The notes beneath the pieces were generated by a model, which saw only the letters and a program-made list of their open reading frames with translations, did not search any database and was not told the DNA's origin. The position numbers were made by a program, and so were the translations under genes. Below, piece after piece: positions 1 to 11,106 of a stretch of 46,760 nt of DNA; the first letter of the stretch is position 1, and every line of letters starts with the position of its first letter. Location of the stretch: assembly GCA_002633005.1 (NCBI GenBank), contig NMRA01000073.1, positions 1,015,513 to 1,062,272 on the forward strand. Direction: 5' to 3'. The stretch comes from Phoronis australis. Lineage: Eukaryota > Animalia > Phoronida.

Positions 1-49
<49 letters not shown>
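1..49. repeat. (TA)n microsatellite, truncated by the window start
   Basis: Perfect TA dinucleotide run from position 1. Confidence 0.95.
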
Positions 50-53
<4 letters not shown>

Positions 54-673
54 CAGTGTGCAGTAAAGTGAGTCACAACTTCATCATTGGAAATGATCGG
101 ACACGATTACTTGATGTTAAATGCAGGCTTTGATATGGGACCATTTCCGATCGGGTATTGGTATATTTAGAGTGTGCCAAAAGTACTTTGAAATATGAAT
201 ACCAGAAATCATTTCACTGGGAACTTATGTTGGTTTCTGTATTCTAGAAGTTCAACAGTTTTTCTTGCAAGGCACAGAAGTTAGGAAAAAAGCCATCGAT
301 TACTTTAATTGCAGAGAAGTCACGATTGGATTTTGCAAATTCCACAACCTAGTCAGTTCTAGAACATTGCATTCTATCCAATCACAATTTCCACAATCAA
401 CAGTAAAACAAAAAAAGTATTGTTCCCACCTCGGGGCACCAGTTTGTCCTCTGAAAATCCTCGATAACTGTATAGGAACTGCACACTGGTTGTGATAGGT
501 GCGAAACTCGTCGCGTGTTCTCTGCAGTAAGAGTCAACTGGGGATGTTCTAGCTTGACCGCAAAACGAACTTTGTGACCCTTAGAAAACGTAAAACACCA
601 TTAGTTCACATTTAGACCATTTCCAGATTTTCATATTATATTTTAGTGTGTTAACGTTTTTCCGGACACACTG
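54..673. mobile_element. Degenerate Tc1/mariner-like non-autonomous element
   Basis: Starts CAGTGTG (54) and ends TTTTTCCGGACACACTG (673) followed by TA. Only 7 terminal bases match as an inverted repeat and there is no transposase ORF. Confidence 0.35.
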
Positions 674-1027
674 TATATTATTGATATGGGTTCATTCTTT
701 GGTATTGTAATAAATTATGCGCGTTTAGTTGACAACTTGTAGGTTTACTTCTGCACTTGTTTTCAAAATTTCAAGGGTTGGTCTGCGTGATATTTATTAT
801 TTAGGTCGAATCTGAACCTTGATCAAAATTGTCCATACCTAACATATGGCTTTGTGTTCCAACTCGGGTTGACAGCAGGAGTGCTGTGTATAGCCCATTT
901 ATGTTCCAAATAAAAATAAATATTGTAATAATACTAGGTATCATCTTACCAATTCAGATGATAGCTACGTGCGCATGACCAAAGGCTATATGATAATTAT
1001 GTATATAACCAAGGGTGTCTATGCTTA

Positions 1028-1130
1028 TTGGGACAATCGGTAGAGCTGTTTCTCTGTCAGATGTAAATAAATAACAAGGTTTGTAGAAGGTCAAGGGTTC
1101 GAGTCCCAGTTGGGGCAGAAATCTTTTCAG
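1028..1130 (+). mobile_element. tRNA-derived SINE remnant
   Basis: A-box-like TGGGACAATCGGTAGAGC near 1029 and B-box GGTTCGAGTCCC at 1096-1107. Spacing is too long and stems too degenerate for a tRNA. Confidence 0.45.
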
Positions 1131-3358
1131 AGTAAAATATTCACTAGGTCACGTGTTGAGGCAAACGGTTGGCGTGCTACTGAAAAATGTTTGTGAGCTA
1201 GTAAATTTTGTTGATAACAAAGAGAAATTTCACAAAAATGCAATAAGACATCACATGTACGTGTGCCGTAGAAAAGTGTTTAAAATTCATTGTGTTAACA
1301 AGCAATTCCGAAAATACAGAATATGGGAAAACGGAATTTGAAATTTAACCTTGCAGGGCTCGTTGTGCAGCGTTCGTAGTGCAGTGGTGTTGTAACCTGC
1401 GCAGGTATGGTAACATGGTCTTAATGTAATGGACGCCGCATTTTAAGCTCATGAGTTTCAGGCATACCGTTTATCCTGTCATTAGTAAGTTATGCGGAAC
1501 GATTTAGCAGCTGTTATTTGGATTGAGCTCTGAAAAGTTCTTCATTAAAGGATCCAGTTAAGCAAAGAACAGATGCACAGGCGTGCGTTTGTTTCACATC
1601 CTGTTAAAGAGGCCCCTTCGGACGCGGTTTTGACGATTAAATACGCTTTGAAGACGATTTGTTTGCTAAAATGATGATGTTAAAAGTTATTATCATTCAA
1701 CTCGTTAAAAAGCTACGGAATTTGCTGTGTCAGGCGTTTAAAGCCGTACACAAGTTTGTAAAAAATCGATTAGAGCACAGGGAATGATAATAGATACGTC
1801 TACACACAGGTAACTGTAACTGATACATGGATTAATTCTCAGTGCCTCGAATTCCAATTCCAAAGGACATGCAGCAGTATTGTGGGTAAAATCATTTCAA
1901 GAGATCCACAATCGAGAGACTGAGGAAACGAAAAACGAAAGAAAAGATAAACACGCACCGCGTTCATTCTTACTAAAGCTTTCTAAATGTTCTGTTTCAT
2001 TTAGTTTTATCCGCATTCCATTACGACACAGCATATGAGCCTTTAATGTATGTAATCCATTTAGTGTTAGATGGAGCTATTCATTTGTTGACATTAAATG
2101 GAAGACATTTGCAGGGTCGCCACTCGTGAGAACGCCAACCTGTGAGTGATTGCATTGGGCCCTCACCACTCTTACTGGCCCTAGTCTTCACCCGCGATGT
2201 GAATTATCAAAACAAACAGTCGACCGGGTAAAAATGCGTCCGCCACGATGTGAATGATTGCTCGAAACGAACAGCCGACTATTTCAGTAAAGAAACGACT
2301 TCCAGGTTGGGCGGAATTTACCTTTTCGGTAAAATCAACTCGCCTGTTTATGACACAAAACGTTTGGAAAGAGATTTCGGAAGTACATGTGGGAACATTG
2401 GTAAATTACAACCACACATGTCTGGAGTATTCAAGTTTTTTATTTTAGAATTTTACTTATAAAATAATGAATGTTTGGTGACATTTCGTTTCCATGGTTA
2501 TATCGTTGGTCCGCTACCGGAGATTCAAAGCTTGATTTAAAAATTTTTATCAACTTCTGTTTCGTTTAAAAACTGATTTGGTGTTCAAATAGATCATTTG
2601 AAAATGACTTAGTAGTTTGCGTTAGTATTCGCTTATCCTTTAAAATTAAGATCAGTTTTGTCCTTTTGACTAAGGAATGGAAGTGTAACACCCAATGGTA
2701 CCGATATAAAAAATATTTAGATCAAAATTTCAGGAACCGTTCGCTTATGTTAATGCACTGGACATGAGAGATGTCTCAAAGTTATATTCCTTTCTCGATT
2801 GCCCATTACCAGTTGCGAAGTTGTATTTCCAAAGTGATCGACCACTTAATGAAGAATGTTGTTTTATCCCTGCCATTATTGCTTTCAGACGCACAGTCGG
2901 CATTTCAAAACGCGGCATCTTGAAGCGTTTGTAAACAACTGTGTATGCTCAGGCATGCGGCTCCCACCAACTTTTGTTTACTCCCGCTAATGTCAATCGG
3001 CATTTTGATTGCTAATAGTAGTCTTGAGCGCTGACCCACATGGCATTATCTCAGATATAAGCCCATGGGTAACGGCTACATAGCAGGCCATGCAACGTAT
3101 GTAGTCAGAACTTTGAGCCTGGCGAACAATCTTCCCTGCATTTACCCCCGGGACTAAACGCGTGATATTCACTCACGTACCTCACCATTAATCGGAATCG
3201 TAAACACAAGGATCTCGTGTCGTATTTATATTATGTTCAAATGGGTAGAATCAAACTGGATAGCAAACTAGATTTTTCTGGTAATTTTATCAGCGCGATA
3301 ACACCTATTCTTCCTACGGGAATAAATACACTTGCGATGTGACACGTTTTTGTTAGGT

Positions 3359-3473
3359 CATGGGCGGCGCAGCACTGAAAAAAGGTGGGGGGCTAAAGCC
3401 CCCAGCCAGCCCCCCTGATGCCCCGCCTAAAGACCATGACCCTTCCCCAGCCCCCTATGGTGCCTCGCCCATG
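3359..3473. mobile_element. 115-bp GC-rich MITE
   Basis: TIRs CATGGGCGGCGCA ... TGCCTCGCCCATG, G/C-run interior, imperfect 5-bp flanks TAGGT/TAAAT. Confidence 0.6.
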
Positions 3474-3879
3474 TAAATTCTTTGATTAGATAAATATCAT
3501 CTCACCTGTTTTTGACAGAGTCAAAAAGGGTCGTACGTAAACAAGTTATGATGGTTGGGTATCCTTTCAAGGCCGGGGAAGGTAAATGCCAAAAACGTCA
3601 AGCTACGTCTCTGGACTAGTGCTGGATTATCCATTAATCTAAGCTAACAGATTAAAACACTACATTCCACTTTCGGCATTGAGAATAATTTACAGTAGAT
3701 GTGTTTGTCTCATTTTAACTATGGCATACTGACTGGGGCAACAAGCAATTATTTGGATCATCAAAGTAAGTTACTTATAATGCTTACTCAGACCCGTGGT
3801 TCGAGATATCACGCATTGAAGATTTATTCATGACTACCTTAATCGAACTCCTTTGAAAATATGTTAAAGCTGCTGATTT

Positions 3880-4080
3880 CGCAGTTGGTTAGCTGGTTAA
3901 AAATGAAAATACTTGAAAATTAGGCGTTTTACTGGCTTAAAATCGGTCTCACAAGATTCTTTACCGTGACAGGATTTACTTTCGGTTCTCAACTCAAGGC
4001 AATATGTACATGTACCATTTTCGAGTTCTCAATTTTGGAGCCCAGTAAATTTTGAAGCGTTTTCTTTTGAGTCGCGGATG
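3880..4080 (+). repeat. Dispersed repeat family B, copy 1 (approximate ends)
   Basis: AGCTGGTTAAAAATGAAAAT...GGCGTTTTACT...AAAATCGGTCTCA aligns by eye with 19250-19450 (+) and 5950-6060 (-). Confidence 0.7.
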
Positions 4081-5949
4081 GTTTCGATATTCTTGTTTGT
4101 GATAGTCAGTCACAGTGATTGTTTATGTGCAGATGTACGTACTGAGAGAGATAAGCATAACCAGCGAAAATCATTTACTTATAGTAAGAACAGTAATGGA
4201 TGCAAAGGCTTTTGGGAGATCCATTAATATAGTGAGTGGGTTTTGTCCCTTAAGAAGAAAGATGTGTATGTTGCCAATACGTTCCGCTGCAGTCGGGTCA
4301 GTCGAAAAGGTTTTGCAAAACCGTATTGAGTTGTTGGCGCCTGCAAAGAGAATTGTGGCAACCGCTGAGGAGCACTTCAGATTTCTGGGATCCCTAGGTG
4401 TCGTATAGCTCTAGGGCACCGGAAAACCTTAATCCGGCATTGCCTTGAAGTTCGGTTAACAGCCAATAAAAAGTCTATCCACTCAAGCAGATTAATGTAC
4501 ATACTACTATACAAGCATCTAATCATTACCTACACTTGTCTTAAAAGTCCGTCCGCGCAGACTAGTGAACAAATTCCAACAGTGTAGACATGGTTACCAA
4601 TTACGAAAGATCAATATTCTTGGTAAATGATCAATCCATTCATAATACATATGTTCATTAAGTATATCGTGGCCACAAGTTCTCTCGGGAACATTGATGC
4701 ATGAGTGTGAAGTGGCTCTCACGTTGTATTAATAATATTACACGGTTATTTTTATATATAGCAACAGACATAGGGGGCACTTTATATACTTCCATAACCT
4801 AGGTCTACATGTGTCTGAAGTGGGTCACAAAAATAGTAATAAAATATATGTACCCAAAGTTTACATATAAACTAGATTATACAATACTACCGCATCATAT
4901 CATGCCAGTCACCAGAGCCGTTTAGTACCCGACATTTTGCTCTCAGTGCGCAATTTTTGTGAGTGACCGCAATCTGACATGGTGCACATTGATACCTCCG
5001 GAGCACTTGGTTACCCATTTTTGAAATAAATTTAGAATAAATAATATGAAACTTTATGCAAATTAACGCGTAAGCACCGTGACCAAGTGGCCGCGTGTGG
5101 ATGGTCAAAAAGTAAGGAGCGAAGGGGGTGGGGGGTATTTCAACAGGTGTGAGAAATAGATGGCACACACATGCTACTATGTTAACCTGTCGCTCATTCA
5201 GCACACCGCTCTCTTCTTCTCGTTCAGTGCAAAATAATCTTGTGGCGGTAGGCTAATCAGACTTATCAAGCACTGATTACAACTTACTTATACTGAAGAT
5301 GACCATTACTGTCAAGGGAATTCTTTAATTTGACATGCATTGAGACAAAAATCGTTACAGCCACGACACTAAGAAAACACACTGTGCTGTTTGTTAACGG
5401 TCTAACAGTTGTTACAGGCTGAATTCTCCATGTCTACGGTTTTCGAAAAAAATATTTTCATTTATTATTAGTGTTACTGACTGCGATTGAAACGCATTTA
5501 CATGTAGCAGCACTGTAAATCAGGCAAGTAGAGTTTCTAGCGTCCACATGTTGGCGGAAGTAGCACGCATGTGCAATATTGGTTCTTATGGGTACGTTTG
5601 GCCTTCATAGTTTGTTAAACCCCATTGGTCTCAATAAAACGTCGCTTTTCCTTAATATAAAGCCTAGGACCCCACACAAGGAGTCTGCCTTGCCGTCATA
5701 CAGGCCATCTTCGAGCTCAGTCAAAAAATCCTGTCGACCGAAGAAGCGCCAAAATTATTGCAAATGGATGTAAAAATAAATTGTGTGACGACCGCGGTAT
5801 GAAAACTGGCAACATGGGTGTCGGCTAGATCATAGATCGCGACACGTTTGGTTCTGGCTGCGGCTGGTTTCAACTGTTAAAGCTGCGCATTTCTACGCAT
5901 GTACCTGAAGCTGTAGGCCTATTTCGCCTTGTTGTCTATCTAAAAACGA

Positions 5950-6060
5950 AAATTTTAATTTGCACTCGGTAACGGAAATAGATTACTCCCAGGATAAGGA
6001 ATATGACGCTCACTTCATGAGAGTAAAAGGCCTAATTCGCTTTTAGCCAGCTAAACAGGA
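5950..6060 (-). repeat. Dispersed repeat family B, copy 2 (partial)
   Basis: Reverse complement reads GCTGGCTAAAAGCGAATTAGGCCTTTTACTCTCATGAAG...CATATTCCTTA, similar to 19258-19330. Confidence 0.55.
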
Positions 6061-6471
6061 AAATGCAGCTTAAAAAACAGGCCTGTACCGTTTTTTGACA
6101 AAAAAAATCTTATATCAAAATCCTTACATATTCATTCATGTTAGTTTTTAAGTATTGTATTGACAACCCAGCTATAATAACTACCCCAAATGAATAACTT
6201 GCGTAAAGTTTTCCTTAAAAGTGGGAGCAAAGACATTGTGAGCCCACCGATTTGCAGTGTTACACTGACAGGAAATAGCGCCAGCTCCCAATCTACTAAT
6301 GGAAGTCAACCGCCAGTGTCATTGCATCGCTATAAGCTGAAGCTGGCTTCCAACATCACATTAGCTGATAGCGGATGAATGTTCATGTCAACGCATCATA
6401 ACATCAATTTGCAAAACAACCAACTTATTTTGCTTTTGGGTCTAAAAGAGAACTTTTTGCTTACAGAAAAC

Positions 6472-6661
6472 ATGACGTCGAGCAAACCGGATATAGAAGA
6501 CATCATAAAACAATGGGCGTGGGACAGATTCAAAGCGAAGGCGAACAAGAAAGAAAAGAGATTGTTAGAAAACGAAAATGTTGAACTTAAAATTGACTGG
6601 TCAAAGGTTACTTTCGCCTACGAAACAAAATATACCCCACCACCACCTGCCGTTGGAAGTG
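6472..6661 (+). CDS. Pore-forming protein coding exon 1
   Basis: Part of ORF 6379..6714; strong donor G|GTAAGT. Confidence 0.85.
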
Positions 6662-7746
6662 GTAAGTACGGGAACCTCATGTTGCTCAGTCATAATTTCA
6701 TAGGGGTACGATAAATTATTAAACCATGGCAACGGTCCAATTTTATATTCATCAACGAAAATGCATACTTGTAGATAAATACGAATGACGCAAGCATAAG
6801 CCAACCATTATATTGTAAAATTTTGTTTTTTTTATAAAACACAAGTTTTTAATTGCATTTTGAATAAATTCGTAAACGCATAAAATGAAACAGTGACTGG
6901 CGAACTTCAGGGAGGTGTAAATACTCAAAAGGTCAATTTGTTTAAGGTGAGAAAATTAAGGTGGAAATTATAATTTTGAAGCACGAACGCACTGAAAATC
7001 TCGCCGCGCCAATAATCAAAACACATTTGTTACGTGCCCAACTAGAACTGTTTCCTCGTTAGCCCACCTAGCATCAGCAGAATAAGTTTTCTCGTTACAG
7101 GGTATGTTTTCCACTCCAACATATTTCCCTTTCAGGTGACGTTAAGCCTAACGTGCTATATCAAACAACATTCAATAATAGAACAAGCGCAGAACAGCAC
7201 TATACTTTTAGAGCGGAAAGAAGTACTAAGTCCACTTTGACTACAACTATTGAAAAAGGTTACACGACAGGATATGAAATGAGTGTGAAACTGTCGACAC
7301 CGTGCTCCATCCTGGAAGCCAACGCCGGCTTTAAAAGGGACATAAGTTTAAGTAATAGTCAAGGTGAAACGATTGAAGAGGAACTCCGATGGAGCGTCGA
7401 GAGTCAACTGCTCGTGAAGGCCGGGCAAATCATGGAAGCGTCCATGAAGATATCGGAGGAAGAATACGAGGGGACTTTCGACATAACCACTACTATACGC
7501 GGACAAGTGCGCGCGGTGTACACGAATCTGCAAAACAACAATTCGTTCATCAAAGCCAGGGAGGGTGATATATACGAGATCATACGATGGGCCAGAGAGG
7601 AGAAGTTGGTGACTGGTGACGTCATTATTACGGACGGTGACACCAAAAGTGTAGTTTGTAAGACGAGTGGAAAGTGTAAGTTTAAATACGGAATTAAACA
7701 AGAAGTGGATGTTAAGCAAGTACAGAATACCGCATCCAGTGACTGA
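6472..7746 (+). CDS. Aerolysin-like / ETX-MTX2 family (LIN-24-like) beta-pore-forming protein, join(6472..6661,7136..7746), 266 aa
   Basis: ATG 6472 lies just after the acceptor TTACAG (6466). The phase-1 intron G|GTAAGT (6662) ... TTTCCCTTTCAG| (7135) joins MTSSKPDIEDIIKQWAWDRF...IDWSKVTF to GDVKPNVLYQTTFNNRTSAEQHYTFRAERSTKSTLTTTIEKGYTTGYEMSVKLSTP...LRWSVESQLLVKAG. This is the S/T-rich alternating beta-strand pattern of ETX/MTX2 domains. 801 nt, in frame to TGA. Confidence 0.85.
7136..7746 (+). CDS. Pore-forming protein coding exon 2
   Basis: Polypyrimidine tract plus CAG acceptor; in frame with ORF 7153..7746. Confidence 0.9.
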
Positions 7747-8874
7747 TATCCGATAAATCAAAGTATTTCATGAACTTATCAAGTATCCGGAGCAAAAATT
7801 CATCTAGTATTTAATTTAGCTGAAATATATGATCCAATTCTGAGATCAAGTTTGAACAATGACTGCCGGATAACTTGACACCAGGAATCGCAGAGAACTA
7901 GATAGAAAATATTAGGAATAACCATACGTTCCAGTGTGGGGGACATGGCTTGTCACAAGTGAAACATTTATACAGTAGGTACTCTGATCTACCTAACTCG
8001 TAGGCCTACGGTACACGATAAGATCATTTTCGGGATTTCGATAACTGAGTGCCAGGATCTCGTTTTGAGGACACATCAAAACATTAGCAACGACATTTCA
8101 AAAGAAGAAATGTCATCAACACCGTAGATTAAGACAGGGCAAAAGCATTGTTAGTGCCTCAAAGCGAAGGACCGACAAGAGAAAGTAGCTTATGCACTAA
8201 CATGACAAGAGAGATAGTGACATCTATTGGAAGTTTCCGTCCCAATCAGAAATTTATGGCGCCGTCTATGGTTCAATTGCGAATGCAACAGCAAAGGTGA
8301 CTTGGTTATGGAAAACGACAATCAATCAGATCAGTAATACAGACAACTAATTTATTAATTGATGATGTACGACACAACACAAAATACACCATCAGGAATC
8401 TATCTGAGGATTGTTTAGAACTCACGCACGCATTCCAAGTACTAATAGGGTCTAAAAGAAATGCAACAACATCGTGATTTTGTTATAGCTCCTTGTTCAG
8501 TTGGGTAATTCGCAAGCAGCTGGGAATAAAAAAAATTCATTGCAAGCCACTACAACGCAAAAGATGCAGCTATTACTGCACTAAAAATTCATTGGTTGAC
8601 AAATGATGGTAAAGCCTAACCTCTTCAAACCCAACATGGCAAAACAGTGATTTCTTCATTTAATTTTAGTAAGAAAAAGTAGCATGAAATAAATGATTCA
8701 TCATGTTAAGTTCTATATCATAGTCACCATTAAACACTCTTTTCGAGAGAATGTGCACAAGGGCATTCAGAATGGCAATAGTCACTTACAAGGGTCACAG
8801 AAGTTCAGAACCATTTGGCTCTTATTCAGTGGAGAAAAATGGTTCTCAACATGTGGGACCCTGTAAGTGGTATT

Positions 8875-9228
8875 CAGTGGCAGATCTACATCTTCAGTAA
8901 GGGGGGGGTTTAGGATTCGAGCAAATCCGAGGCGCATAGCGTTGAGCGGAAGGAAGGTTGGGAGGGTGTTTCCTCCCTCCCGTGTAAGATTTGTTGTGGT
9001 TTTTAGCAGCTGATTTCGTTTTTCTGGCGAAATTTTTTTCAATTTTCATTTTTGATCATGTCCCGAGGGGGGAGAGGGTTTGAACCCCCTGAACCCCCCC
9101 CCCNGTTTTTAGCAGCTGATTTCGTTTTTCTGGCGAAATTTTTTTCAATTTTCATTTTTGATCATGTCCCGAGGGGGGAGAGGGTTTGAACCCCCTGACC
9201 CCCCCCCCCCCCTGTAGATCCGCCTCTG
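8875..9228. mobile_element. GC-rich-ended MITE containing an assembly-duplicated segment at n 9104
   Basis: TIRs CAGTGGCAGATCTACA ... TGTAGATCCGCCTCTG (14/16 match); 5-bp flanks GTATT/GCATT. Confidence 0.75.
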
Positions 9229-10509
9229 GCATTTTCTGTCATAACCAGTGTTCACCATCACAGTTGCTAGAATGATGAATTATGGGAAGTTATACACCAT
9301 GATGGGTATTTACACATCATGGTGGGTTATTACATGGTGGGTCATTAACCATTATAACAGTAATAATTTCAGTCCAATTATTTGGTGTAACCATGTTTGG
9401 TGACTTTCCACCACATTTCTCCCATATAAAACAAAAAATTGTTTCAAATATTAACCCAATTAATAAACAAGTACTATTCAACTAACACACACAACTACTA
9501 TACCCTAAAAGAACCCAAGTCACTATGTTGGGTTAATTCTACAAATATCTGCGAACACGTTGTCATGAGTACAATATTACGACAAATATGCTTTTGACAC
9601 TGAAGCTAGTCACTAGTCGAGGTGCATTTTAAGTATTAAAGTTTAATAAACAGAATCTAATCATGAGAATACTGAATCAACAAACCTTGAAGCATAACAT
9701 TATGAGATGGAGATGATAATACCGTAACCAACTGTACTTTTCAAAGAAAGTGAATATAAAATCTTCTCCACACTGTCGAGCTCCTTTAAAGTTCGGGTTG
9801 AAATCATAATGGTATTACACAGGACATCATTAAAAAATCTTAAGTGTATTTGGATAGCAGCATCAGGTAAAAATACCCAGTGCGGGACAGTAATGGAATT
9901 TCCTTGATTTTGAAGTTCCAGACAGGGGTGATTTTTGCGTTCATCATATTTCCCAAATAATGGGCACTGCCTTTTATGTCAACAGAGACTTACCGTACCA
10001 ACCCATGGAAACCTTGTAAATAACCCACAACACAGCATTTTTGTGCTTTCCATTAGTGTTTAAAATCCAGGTGAATGATCCTAATTGTGAATGGCTAATA
10101 GTACTATTTCTAAAATTTAGTACAAGACATATCCTTGAACATGATTATTGATTTTTCACCGTCACAAATTGGAGAACTCCATACTATTTTCAATCCAAAA
10201 TGTCTTCTGGCATGAACAATGCAACAAACTCAAAACAATTGGTAACTCTTCGAATCAGGTATTAAGCGCAACCCATTGAAGGTTGTCGAAAAGTAAAAAA
10301 ATCCCCACATGAAAGAACAAGAAATGCTAGTAATAATTGTTTAATGAAAACTACTCTAAGTCAAACTAAAAACTAATGAAAGCTGTCAAACGCCACCTTT
10401 TGTCCATAACATTTCGAATTGGACCACTTGTCAACATAAAAGTGGTTTTAATTTGTCCGTAGTGGTTTCGGGGTGAGTGAAGAATTGACAGTTCATTTTG
10501 CTTGAGACA

Positions 10510-10515
10510 TTTATT
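10510..10515 (-). terminator. Candidate polyadenylation signal of the CS-domain gene
   Basis: TTTATT on + is AATAAA on -, about 490 nt past the stop codon. Confidence 0.45.
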
Positions 10516-10595
10516 CAACACGTTTGACAGTTCTGGCATCACTTTATGGATTGAAAGTATTTTGGCATGTCAAACAGACTGGTTCTGAGACCAAA

Positions 10596-10688
10596 CACTA
10601 GATGGAGTACCAACTGCTTCATTGACTATATTGCACACTAGATGGAGTACCAACTGGTAGATACCAACTGGTAGATTGACTATATTGC
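10596..10688. repeat. Short imperfect tandem duplication (about 40-bp period)
   Basis: CACTAGATGGAGTACCAACTG occurs twice and ATTGACTATATTGC occurs twice. Confidence 0.8.
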
Positions 10689-11001
10689 TTCCGACACAAA
10701 AAATTACCAGCATGGTCTGGTCCACTGTTCTCAAGCACTGTTTGAGAGAAAAGAATGCTATTCATAACAAAATGCAGTTCATAGGGTAAGAATTGCATTG
10801 AGAAAGATCTGGACCGAGAGGGATGAAGGCCATTCACCCTAAATTACGAACTGCCCATTCTCCAGCCCCTAAATTATATCTAATCTGACAAAAGAGCAAT
10901 TTGAAGCCCATACATATTGCTAAATTGTCTCAATCAAAAGTTTGTTTTTAACAGCTTTAAGTAATGAGCCAAATCAGATGAGATTCGAAAAACATTCAAA
11001 G

Positions 11002-11106
11002 TCAGTTGTCTCCCTGTCCTTGTTCCAAGCCTGTGGTTGCTAGCTCCCTCCATAGGCGGGGTGATGATTTACAAAGCTTCAAGACAACCACACCATCTTT
11101 AACAAC
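11002..11106 (-). CDS. CS-domain gene exon 4 (last)
   Basis: Acceptor TCATAG|GTTGTT; VVKDGVVVLKLCKSSPRLWREL...TGA. Confidence 0.8.
   Translation of the reverse strand, partial: VVKDGVVVLKLCKSSPRLWRELATTGLEQGQGDN

Noticed and set aside
7348-7761. Antisense ORFs of 137 aa and 80 aa
   Set aside because: They are shadows of the pore-forming protein exon on the opposite strand, with no recognisable motifs or splice support.
7744-7880. Selenocysteine or readthrough at the TGA of the pore-forming gene
   Set aside because: A second in-frame TGA follows 8 codons later and I saw no SECIS-like structure.
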